Part shown: positions 1 through 12,949 of the stretch, in pieces | How positions within the stretch are numbered: the stretch's first letter is position 1 | How the letters are laid out: every line of letters begins with the position of its first letter | Assembly: GCA_964016885.1 (NCBI GenBank) | Contig: OZ024740.1 | Location: 21,080,001 to 21,144,000 of the forward strand | Reading direction: 5' to 3' | From: Eledone cirrhosa | Lineage: Eukaryota | Length of the DNA stretch: 64,000 nt | Program-made: the position numbers and the translations under genes | Notes under the pieces: generated by a model | What the model was told of the DNA's origin: nothing | Seen by the model: the letters and a program-made list of their open reading frames with translations, nothing else | Database searches by the model: none

Positions 1-2508
1 TCCTTCTTTCAATGTGATATTATCAGACAGTATATCTTGGACTGCATTAGACAATGTACCATTCCTTCGTTCAAGGTGATATTATCAGACAGTATATCTT
101 GGACTACACTAGACAATGTACCATTCCTTCTTTCAAGGTGATATTATCAGACAGTATATCTTGGACTAAATTAGACAATGTACCATTCCTTCTTTCAATG
201 TCATATTATCAAACAGTATATCTTGGACTTCATTAGACAATATACCATTCCTTCTTTCAATGTGATATTATCAGACAGTATATCTTGGACTACATTAGAC
301 ATTGTACCATTCCTTCTTTCAAGGTGATATTAACAGACAGTATATCTTGGACTACATTAGACAATGTACCATTCCTTCTTTCAAGGTGATATTATCAGAC
401 AGTATATCTTGGACTACATTAGACAATGTACCATTCCTTCTTTCAAGGTGATATTATCAGACAGTATATCTTGGACTACATTAGACAATGTACCATTCCT
501 TCTTTCAATGTTATATTATCAGACAGTATATCTTCAACTACATTAGACAATATACCATTCCTTCTTTCAATGTGATATTATCAGACAGTATATCTTGGAC
601 AACATTAGACAATGTACCATTCTTTCTTTCAAGGTGATATTATCAGACATTATATCTTGGACTACAATAGACAATGTACCATTCCTACTTTCAATGTGAT
701 ATTATCAGACAGTATATCTTTGACTACATTAGACAATGCACCATTCCTTCTTTCAATGTGATATTATCAGACAGTATATCATGGACTACATTATAAAATG
801 TACCATTCCTTCTTTCAATGTTATATTATCAGACTGTATATCTTGGACTACATTAGACAATATACCATTCCTTCTTTCAATGTGATATTATCAGACAGTA
901 TATCTTGGACTACATTAGACAATGTACCATTCCTTCTTTCAATGTGATATTATCAGACAGTATATCTTGGACTACATTATACAATGTACCATTCCTTCTT
1001 TCAATGTTATATTATCAGACTGTATATCTTGGACTACATTAGACAATATACCATTCCTTCTTTCAATGTGATATTATCAGACAGTATATCTTGGACTACA
1101 TTAGACAATGTATCGTTCCTTCTTTCAATGTGATATTATCAGACAGTATACCTTGCACTACATTAGACAATGTACCATTCTTTCTTTCAAGGTGATATTA
1201 TCAGACAGTATATCTTGGACTACATTAGACAATGTACCATTCCTTCTTTCAATGTGATATTATCAGACAGTATAACTTTGACTACATTAGACAAAGTACC
1301 GTTCCTTCTTTCAATGTGATATTATCAGACAGTATATCTTGGACTACATTAGACAATGTACCATTCCTTCTTTCAAGGTGATATTATCAGACAGTATATC
1401 TTGGACTACATTAGACGATGTACCGTTCCTTCTTTCAATGTGATATTATCAGACAGTATATCTTGGACAACATTAGACAATGTACCATTCTTTCTTTCAA
1501 GGTGATATTATCATACAGTATATCTTGGACTACAATAGACAATGTACCATTCCTACTTTCAATGTGATATTATCAGACAGTATATCTTGGACTACATTAG
1601 AGATTGTACCATTCCTTCTTTCCATGTGATATTATCAGACAGTATATCATGGACTACATTATACAATGTACCATTCCTTCTTTCAATGTTATAATATCAG
1701 ACTGTATATCTTGGCCTACAGTAGACAATATACCATTCCTTCTTTCAATGTGATATTATCAGACAGTATATCTTGGACTACATTAGACAATGTACCATTC
1801 CTTCTTTCAATGTGATATTATCAGACAGTATATCTTGGACTACATTAGACAATGTACCATTCCTTCTTTCAATGGGATATTATCAGACAGTATATCTTGG
1901 ACTACATTAAACAATGTACCATTCCTTCTTTCAAGGTGATATTATCAGACAGTATATCTTGGACTACATTAGACAATGTACCATTCCTTCTTTCAACGTC
2001 ATATTATCAGACAGTATATCTTCGACTACGTTAGACAATGTACCATTCCTTCTTTCAATGTGATATTATCAGACAGTATATCATGGACTACATTATACAA
2101 TGTACCATTCCTTCTTTCAATGTTATATTATCAGACTGTATATCTTGGACTACATTAGACAATATACCATTCCTTCTTTCAATGTGATATTATCAGACAG
2201 TATATCTTGGACTACATTAGACAATGTACCATTCCTTCTTTCAATGTGATATTATCAGACAGTATATTTTGGACTACATTAGACAATGTACCATTCCTTC
2301 TTTCAATGGGATATTATCAGACTGTATATCTTGGACTACATTAGACAATGTACTATTCCTTCTTTCAAGGTGATATTATCAGACAGTATATCTTGGACTA
2401 CATTAGGCAATGTACCATTCCTTCTTTCAATGTGATATTATCAGACAGTGTATCTTGGACTACATTAGACAATGTACCATTCCTTCTGTCAATGTGATAT
2501 TATCAGAC

Positions 2509-2595
2509 TGTCTAATGTAGTCCAAGATATACTGTCTGATAATATCACATTGAAAGAAGGAATGGTACATTGTCTAATGTAGTCCAAGATATACT
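2509..2595 (-). repeat. 87-bp inverted satellite segment #1 (TGTCT junction)
   Basis: TGTCTAATGTAGTCCAAGATATACTGTCTGATAATATCACATTGAAAGAAGGAATGGTACATTGTCTAATGTAGTCCAAGATATACT is the exact reverse complement of monomer positions 38-62 plus 1-62. Confidence 0.98.
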
Positions 2596-4802
2596 ATGTA
2601 CCATTCCTTCTTTCAATGTCATATTATCAGACAGTATATCTTCGACTACATTAGACAATGTACCATTCCTTCTTTCAATGTGATATTATCAAACAGTATA
2701 TCTTGGACTACATTAGACAATGTACCATTCCTTCTTTCAAGGTGATATTATCAGACAGTATATCTTGGACTACATTAGACAATGTACCATTCCTTCTTTC
2801 AATGTTATATTATCAGACAGTATATCTTCAACTACATTAGACAATATACCATTCCTTCTTTCAATGTGATATTATCAGACAGTATATCTTGGACAACATT
2901 AGACAATGTACCATTCTTTCTTTCAAGGTGATATTATCAGACATTATATCTTGGACTACAATAGACAATGTACCATTCCTACTTTCAATGTGATATTATC
3001 AGACAGTATATCTTTGACTACATTAGACAATGCACCATTCCTTCTTTCAATGTGATATTATCAGACAGTATATCATGGACTACATTATAAAATGTACCAT
3101 TCCTTCTTTCAATGTTATATTATCAGACTGTATATCTTGGACTACATTAGACAATATACCATTCCTTCTTTCAATGTGATATTATCAGACAGTATATCTT
3201 GGACTACATTAGACAATGTACCATTCCTTCTTTCAATGTGATATTATCAGACAGTATATCTTGGACTACATTATACAATGTACCATTCCTTCTTTCAATG
3301 TTATATTATCAGACTGTATATCTTGGACTACATTAGACAATATACCATTCCTTCTTTCAATGTGATATTATCAGACAGTATATCTTGGACTACATTAGAC
3401 AATGTATCGTTCCTTCTTTCAATGTGATATTATCAGACAGTATACCTTGCACTACATTAGACAATGTACCATTCTTTCTTTCAAGGTGATATTATCAGAC
3501 AGTATATCTTGGACTACATTAGACAATGTACCATTCCTTCTTTCAATGTGATATTATCAGACAGTATAACTTTGACTACATTAGACAAAGTACCGTTCCT
3601 TCTTTCAATGTGATATTATCAGACAGTATATCTTGGACTACATTAGACAATGTACCATTCCTTCTTTCAAGGTGATATTATCAGACAGTATATCTTGGAC
3701 TACATTAGACGATGTACCGTTCCTTCTTTCAATGTGATATTATCAGACAGTATATCTTGGACAACATTAGACAATGTACCATTCTTTCTTTCAAGGTGAT
3801 ATTATCATACAGTATATCTTGGACTACAATAGACAATGTACCATTCCTACTTTCAATGTGATATTATCAGACAGTATATCTTGGACTACATTAGAGATTG
3901 TACCATTCCTTCTTTCCATGTGATATTATCAGACAGTATATCATGGACTACATTATACAATGTACCATTCCTTCTTTCAATGTTATAATATCAGACTGTA
4001 TATCTTGGACTACAGTAGACAATATACCATTCCTTCTTTCAATGTGATATTATCAGACAGTATATCTTGGACTACTTTAGACAATGTACCATTCCTTCTT
4101 TCAATGTGATATTATCAGACAGTATATCTTGGACTACATTAGACAATGTACCATTCCTTCTTTCAATGGGATATTATCAGACAGTATATCTTGGACTACA
4201 TTAAACAATGTACCATTCCTTCTTTCAAGGTGATATTATCAGACAGTATATCTTGGACTACATTAGACAATGTACCATTCCTTCTTTCAACGTCATATTA
4301 TCAGACAGTATATCTTCGACTACGTTAGACAATGTACCATTCCTTCTTTCAATGTGATATTATCAGACAGTATATCATGGACTACATTATACAATGTACC
4401 ATTCCTTCTTTCAATGTTATATTATCAGACTGTATATCTTGGACTACATTAGACAATATACCATTCCTTCTTTCAATGTGATATTATCAGACAGTATATC
4501 TTGGACTACATTAGACAATGTACCATTCCTTCTTTCAATGTGATATTATCAGACAGTATATTTTGGACTACATTAGACAATGTACCATTCCTTCTTTCAA
4601 TGGGATATTATCAGACTGTATATCTTGGACTACATTAGACAATGTACTATTCCTTCTTTCAAGGTGATATTATCAGACAGTATATCTTGGACTACATTAG
4701 GCAATGTACCATTCCTTCTTTCAATGTGATATTATCAGACAGTGTATCTTGGACTACATTAGACAATGTACCATTCCTTCTGTCAATGTGATATTATCAG
4801 AC

Positions 4803-4889
4803 TGTCTAATGTAGTCCAAGATATACTGTCTGATAATATCACATTGAAAGAAGGAATGGTACATTGTCTAATGTAGTCCAAGATATACT
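4803..4889 (-). repeat. 87-bp inverted segment #2 (TGTCT)
   Basis: Same reverse-complement segment and breakpoints as #1. Confidence 0.97.
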
Positions 4890-7096
4890 ATGTACCATTC
4901 CTTCTTTCAATGTCATATTATCAGACAGTATATCTTCGACTACATTAGACAATGTACCATTCCTTCTTTCAATGTGATATTATCAAACAGTATATCTTGG
5001 ACTACATTAGACAATGTACCATTCCTTCTTTCAAGGTGATATTATCAGACAGTATATCTTGGACTACATTAGACAATGTACCATTCCTTCTTTCAATGTT
5101 ATATTATCAGACAGTATATCTTCAACTACATTAGACAATATACCATTCCTTCTTTCAATGTGATATTATCAGACAGTATATCTTGGACAACATTAGACAA
5201 TGTACCATTCTTTCTTTCAAGGTGATATTATCAGACATTATATCTTGGACTACAATAGACAATGTACCATTCCTACTTTCAATGTGATATTATCAGACAG
5301 TATATCTTTGACTACATTAGACAATGCACCATTCCTTCTTTCAATGTGATATTATCAGACAGTATATCATGGACTACATTATAAAATGTACCATTCCTTC
5401 TTTCAATGTTATATTATCAGACTGTATATCTTGGACTACATTAGACAATATACCATTCCTTCTTTCAATGTGATATTATCAGACAGTATATCTTGGACTA
5501 CATTAGACAATGTACCATTCCTTCTTTCAATGTGATATTATCAGACAGTATATCTTGGACTACATTATACAATGTACCATTCCTTCTTTCAATGTTATAT
5601 TATCAGACTGTATATCTTGGACTACATTAGACAATATACCATTCCTTCTTTCAATGTGATATTATCAGACAGTATATCTTGGACTACATTAGACAATGTA
5701 TCGTTCCTTCTTTCAATGTGATATTATCAGACAGTATACCTTGCACTACATTAGACAATGTACCATTCTTTCTTTCAAGGTGATATTATCAGACAGTATA
5801 TCTTGGACTACATTAGACAATGTACCATTCCTTCTTTCAATGTGATATTATCAGACAGTATAACTTTGACTACATTAGACAAAGTACCGTTCCTTCTTTC
5901 AATGTGATATTATCAGACAGTATATCTTGGACTACATTAGACAATGTACCATTCCTTCTTTCAAGGTGATATTATCAGACAGTATATCTTGGACTACATT
6001 AGACGATGTACCGTTCCTTCTTTCAATGTGATATTATCAGACAGTATATCTTGGACAACATTAGACAATGTACCATTCTTTCTTTCAAGGTGATATTATC
6101 ATACAGTATATCTTGGACTACAATAGACAATGTACCATTCCTACTTTCAATGTGATATTATCAGACAGTATATCTTGGACTACATTAGAGATTGTACCAT
6201 TCCTTCTTTCCATGTGATATTATCAGACAGTATATCATGGACTACATTATACAATGTACCATTCCTTCTTTCAATGTTATAATATCAGACTGTATATCTT
6301 GGACTACAGTAGACAATATACCATCCCTTCTTTCAATGTGATATTATCAGACAGTATATCTTGGACTACATTAGACAATGTACCATTCCTTCTTTCAATG
6401 TGATATTATCAGACAGTATATCTTGGACTACATTAGACAATGTACCATTCCTTCTTTCAATGGGATATTATCAGACAGTATATCTTGGACTACATTAAAC
6501 AATGTACCATTCCTTCTTTCAAGGTGATATTATCAGACAGTATATCTTGGACTACATTAGACAATGTACCATTCCTTCTTTCAACGTCATATTATCAGAC
6601 AGTATATCTTCGACTACGTTAGACAATGTACCATTCCTTCTTTCAATGTGATATTATCAGACAGTATATCATGGACTACATTATACAATGTACCATTCCT
6701 TCTTTCAATGTTATATTATCAGACTGTATATCTTGGACTACATTAGACAATATACCATTCCTTCTTTCAATGTGATATTATCAGACAGTATATCTTGGAC
6801 TACATTAGACAATGTACCATTCCTTCTTTCAATGTGATATTATCAGACAGTATATTTTGGACTACATTAGACAATGTACCATTCCTTCTTTCAATGGGAT
6901 ATTATCAGACTGTATATCTTGGACTACATTAGACAATGTACTATTCCTTCTTTCAAGGTGATATTATCAGACAGTATATCTTGGACTACATTAGGCAATG
7001 TACCATTCCTTCTTTCAATGTGATATTATCAGACAGTGTATCTTGGACTACATTAGACAATGTACCATTCCTTCTGTCAATGTGATATTATCAGAC

Positions 7097-7183
7097 TGTC
7101 TAATGTAGTCCAAGATATACTGTCTGATAATATCACATTGAAAGAAGGAATGGTACATTGTCTAATGTAGTCCAAGATATACT
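7097..7183 (-). repeat. 87-bp inverted segment #3 (TGTCT)
   Basis: Same as #1. Confidence 0.97.
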
Positions 7184-9700
7184 ATGTACCATTCCTTCTT
7201 TCAATGTCATATTATCAGACAGTATATCTTCGACTACATTAGACAATGTACCATTCCTTCTTTCAATGTGATATTATCAAACAGTATATCTTGGACTACA
7301 TTAGACAATGTATCGTTCCTTCTTTCAATGTGATATTATCAGACAGTATACCTTGGACTACATTAGACAATGTACCATTCCTTCTTTCAATGTGATATTA
7401 TCAGACAGTATATCTTGGACTGCATTAGACAATGTACCTTTCCTTCGTTCAAGGTGATATTATCAGACAGTATATCTTGGACTACACTAGACAATGTACC
7501 ATTCCTTCTTTCAAGGTGATATTATCAAACAGTATATCTTGGACTAAATTAGACAATGTACCATTCCTTCTTTCAATGTCATATTATCAAACAGTATATC
7601 TTGGACTTCATTAGACAATATACCATTCCTTCTTTCAATGTGATATTATCAGACAGTATATCTCGGACTACCTTAGACAATGTACCATTCCTACTTTCAA
7701 TGTGATATTATCAGACAGTATATCTTGGACTACATTAGACAATGTACCATTCCTTCTTTCAAGGTGATATTATCAGACAGTATATCTTGGACTACATTAG
7801 ACAATGTATCGTTCCTTCTTTTAATGTGATATTATCAGACAGTATATCTTGGACTACATTAGACAATGTACCATTCCTTCTTTCAATGTGATATTATCAG
7901 ACAGTATATCTTGGACTACATTAGACAATGTACCATTCCTTCTTTCAATGGGATATTAGCAGACAGTATATCTTGGACTACATTAGACAATATACCATTC
8001 CTTCTTTCAATATGATATTATCAGACAGTATATCTTGGACTACATTAGACAATGTACCATTCCTTCTTTCAATCGGATATTATCAGACAGTATATCTTGG
8101 ACTACATTAGACAATATACCATTCCTTCTTTCAATGTGATATTATCAGACAATATATCTTGGACTACATTAGACAATGTACCATTTCTTCCTTCAATGTT
8201 ATATTATCAGACAGTATATCTTGGACTACATTAGACAATGTTCCATTCCTTCTTTCAATGTGATATTATCAGACAGTATATCTTGGACTACATTAGACAA
8301 TGTACCATTCCTTCTTTCAAGGTGATATTATCAGACAGTATATCTTGGACTACATTAGACAATGTACCATTCCTTCTTTCAATGTTATATTATCAGACAG
8401 TATATCTTCGACTACATTAGACAATATACCATTCCTTCTTTCAATGTGATATTATCAGACAGTATATCTTGGACAACATTAGACAATGTACCATTCTTTC
8501 TTTCAAGGTGATATTATCAGACAGTATATCTTGGACTACAATAGACAATGTACCATTCCTACTTTCAATGTGATATTATCAGACAGTACATCTTTGACTA
8601 CATTAGACAATGTACCATTCCTTCTTTCAATGTGATATTATCAGACAGTATATCATGGACTACATTATAAAATGTACCATTCCTTCTTTCAATGTTATAT
8701 TATCAGACTGTATATCTTGGACTACATTAGACAATATACCATTCCTTCTTTCAATTTGATATTATCAGACAGTATATCTTGGACTACATTAGACAATGTA
8801 TCGTTCCTTCTTTCAATGTGATATTATCAGACAGTATACCTTGGACTACATTAGACAATGTACCATTCTTTCTTTCAAGGTGATATTATCAGACAGTATA
8901 TCTTGGACTACATTAGACAATGTACCATTCCTTCTTTCAATGTGATATTATCGGACAGTATAACTTTGACTACATTAGACAAAGTACCATTCCTTCTTTC
9001 AATGTGATATTATCAGACAGTATATCTTGGACTACATTAGACAATGTACCATTCCTTCTTTCAATGGGATATTATCAGACAGTATATCTTGGACTACATT
9101 AAACAATGTACCATTCCTTCTTTCAAGGTGATATTATCAGACAGTATATCTTGGACTACATTGGACAATGTACCATTCCTTCTTTCAACGTCATATTATC
9201 AGACAGTATATCTTCGACTACGTTAGACAATGTACCATTCCTTCTTTCAATGTGATATTATCAGACAGTATATCATGGACTACATTATACAATGTACCAT
9301 TCCTTCTTTCAATGTTATATTATCAGACTGTATATCTTGGACTACATTAGACAATATACCATTCCTTCTTTCAATGTGATATTATCAGACAGTATATCTT
9401 GGACTACATTAGACAATGTACCATTCCTTCTTTCAATGTGATATTATCAGACAGTATATTTTGGACTACATTAGACAATGTACCATTCCTTCTTTCAATG
9501 GGATATTATCAGACAGTATATCTTGGACTACATTAGACAATGTACTATTCCTTCTTTCAAGGTGATATTATCAGACAGTATATCTTGGACTACATTAGAC
9601 AATGTACCATTCCTTCTTTCAATGTGATATTATCAGACAGTGTATCTTGGACTACGTTAGACAATGTACCATTCCTTCTGTCAATGTGATATTATCAGAC

Positions 9701-9787
9701 TGTCTAATGTAGTCCACGATATACTGTCTGATAATATCACATTGATAGAAGGAATGGTACATTGTCTAATGTAGTCCAAGATATACT
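9701..9787 (-). repeat. 87-bp inverted segment #4 (TGTCT; internal variants CCACGAT, ATTGATAG)
   Basis: Same breakpoints, two internal substitutions. Confidence 0.97.
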
Positions 9788-11374
9788 ATGTACCATTCTT
9801 TCTTTCAATGTCATATTATCAGACAGTATATCTTCGACTACATTAGACAATGTACCATTCCTTCTTTCAATGTGATATTATCAAACAGTATATCTTGGAC
9901 TACATTAGACAATGTATCGTTCCTTCTTTCAATGTGATATTATCAGACAGTATACCTTGGACTACATTAGACACTGTACCATTCCTTCTTTCAATGTGAT
10001 ATTATCAGACAGTATATCTTGGACTGCATTAGACAATGTACCTTTCCTTCGTTCAAGGTGATATTATCAGACAGTATATCTTGGACTACACTAGACAATG
10101 TACCATTCCTTCTTTCAAGGTGATATTATCAAACAGTATATCTTGGACTAAATTAGACAATGTTCCATTCCTTCTTTCAATGTCATATTATCAGACAGTA
10201 TATCTTGGACTTCATTAGACAATATACCATTCCTTCTTTCAATGTGATATTATCAGACAGTATATCTTGGACTACCTTAGACAATGTACCATTCCTTCTT
10301 TCATGGTGATATTATCAGACAGTATATCTTGGACTACATTAGACAATGTACCATTCCTTCTTTCAAGGTGATATTATCAGACAGTATATCTTGGACTACA
10401 TTAGACAATGTATCGTTCCTTCTTTTAATGTGATATTATCAGACAGTATATCTTGGACTACATTAGACAATGTACCATTCCTTCTTTCAATGTGATATTA
10501 TCAGACAGTATATCTTGGACTACATTAGACAATGTACCATTCCTTCTTTCAATGGGATATTAGCAGACAGTATATCTTGGACTACATTAGACAATATACC
10601 ATTCCTTCTTTCAATATGATATTATCAGACAGTATATCTTGGACTACATTAGACAATGTACCATTCCTTCTTTCAATCGGATATTATCAGACAGTATATC
10701 TTGGACTACATTAGACAATATACCATTCCTTCTTTCAATGTGATATTATCAGACAATATATCTTGGACTACATTAGACAATGTACCATTTCTTCTTTCAA
10801 TGGGATATTAGCAGACAGTATATCTTGGACTACATTAGACAATATACCATTCCTTCTTTCAATATGATATTATCAGACAGTATATCTTGGACTACATTAG
10901 ACAATGTACCATTCCTTCTTTCAATCGGATATTATCAGACAGTATATCTTGGACTACATTAGACAATATACCATTCCTTCTTTCAATGTGATATTATCAG
11001 ACAATATATCTTGGACTACATTAGACAATGTACCATTTCTTCTTTCAATGTTATATTATCAGACAGTATATCTTGGACTACATTAGACAATGTTCCATTC
11101 CTTCTTTCAATGTGATATTATCAGACAGTATATATTGGACTACATTAGACAATGTACCATTCCTTCTTTCAATGGGATATTATCAGACAGTATATCTTGG
11201 ACTACATTAGACAATGTACCATTCCTTCTTTCAAGGTGATATTATCAGACAGTATATCTTGGACTACATTAGACAATGTACCATTCCTTCTTTCAATGTG
11301 ATATTATCAGACAGTGTATCTTGGACTCCATTAGACAATGTACCATTCCTTCTATCAATGTGATATTATCAGAC

Positions 11375-11461
11375 TGTCTAATGTAGTCCAAGATATACTG
11401 TCTGATAATATCACATTGAAAGAAGGAATGGTACATTGTCTAATGTAGTCCAAGTTATACT
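11375..11461 (-). repeat. 87-bp inverted segment #5 (TGTCT; CAAGTTATAC variant)
   Basis: Same breakpoints. Confidence 0.97.
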
Positions 11462-12862
11462 ATGTACCATTCCTTCTTTCAATGTCATATTATCAGACAG
11501 TATATCTTCGACTACATTAGACAATGTACCATTCCTTCTTTCAATGTGATATTATCAAACAGTATATCTTGGACTACATTAGACAATGTATCGTTCCTTC
11601 TTTCAATGTGATATTATCAGACAGTATATCTTGGACTACATTAGACAATGTACCATTTCTTCTTTCAATGTGATATTATCAGACAGTATATCTTGGACTG
11701 CATTAGACAATGTACCATTCCTTCCTTCAAGGTGATATTATCAGACAGTATATCTTGAACTACACTAGACAATGAACCATTCCTTCTTTCAAGGTGATAT
11801 TATCAGACAGTATATCTTGGACTAAATTAGACAATGTACCATTCCTTCTTTCAATGTCATATTATCAGACAGTATATCTTGGACTTCATTAGACAATATA
11901 CCATTCCTTCTTTCAATGTGATATTATCAGACAGTATATCTTGGACTACATTAGACAATGTACCATTCCTTCTTTCAAGGTGATATTATCAGACAGTATA
12001 TCTTGGACTACATTAGACAATGTACCATTCCTTCTTTCAAGGTGATATTATCAGACAGTATATCTTGGACTACATTAGACAATGTACCATTCCTTATTTC
12101 AAGGTGATATTATCAGACAGTATATCTTGGACTACATTAGACAATGTACCATTCCTTCTTTCAATGTTATATTATCAGAGAGTATATCTTCGACTACATT
12201 AGACAATATACCATTCCTTCTTTCAATGTGATATTATCAGACAGCATATCTTGGACAACATTCGACAATGTACCATTCTTTCTTTCAAGGTGATATTATC
12301 AGACAGTATATCTTGGACTACAATAGACAATGTACCATTCCTACTTTCAATGTGATATTAACAGACAGTATATCTTGGACTACATTAGACAATGTACCAT
12401 TCCTTCTTTCAATGTGATATTATCAGACAGTATATCATGGACTACATTATACAATGTACCATTCCTTCTTTCAATGTTATATTATCAGACTGTATATCTT
12501 GGACTACATTAGACAATATACCATTCCTTCTTTCAATGTGATATTATCAGACAGTATATCTTGGACTACATTAGACAATGTACCATTCCTTCTTTCAATG
12601 TGATATTATCAGACAGTATATCTTGGAATACATTAGACAATGTACCATTCCTTCTTTCAATGTGATATTATCAGACAGTATATCTTGGACTACATTAGAC
12701 AATGTACCATTCCTTCTTTCAATGGGATATTATCAGACAGTATATCTTGGAATACATTAGACAATGTACCATTTCTTCTTTCAAGTTGATATTATCAGAC
12801 AGTATATCTTGGACTACATTAGACAATGTACCATTCCTTCTGTCAATGTGATATTATCAGAC

Positions 12863-12949
12863 TGCCTAATGTAGTCCAAGATATACTGTCTGATAATATC
12901 ACATTGAAAGAAGGAATGGTACATTGTCTAATGTAGTCCAAGATATACT
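12863..12949 (-). repeat. 87-bp inverted segment #6 (TGCCT)
   Basis: Same breakpoints, junction allele TGCCT. Confidence 0.97.

Larger units (their letters stand above)
426..7307 (+). repeat. Higher-order repeat: three tandem copies of a 37-monomer (2,294 bp) unit
   Basis: Diagnostic variants (TCTTCAACT, ATGCACC, TAGAGATTG, CAACGTCAT), inversions at 2509/4803/7097 and ORF echoes at 1852/4146/6440 all recur at +2294. Boundaries approximate. Confidence 0.95.

Noticed and set aside
60-66. CATTCC(T) motif resembling human satellite II/III pentamers or a TEAD/MCAT site
   Set aside because: It is a single short match per monomer with no pentamer periodicity, and too short to support homology or function.
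2509-2595. Inverted segments as MITE or transposon insertions, or as recombinase-driven invertible switches
   Set aside because: There is no foreign sequence, target-site duplication or length change, no dedicated inverted recombination sites and no recombinase gene. Shared breakpoints and linked flanking variants indicate descent from one event.
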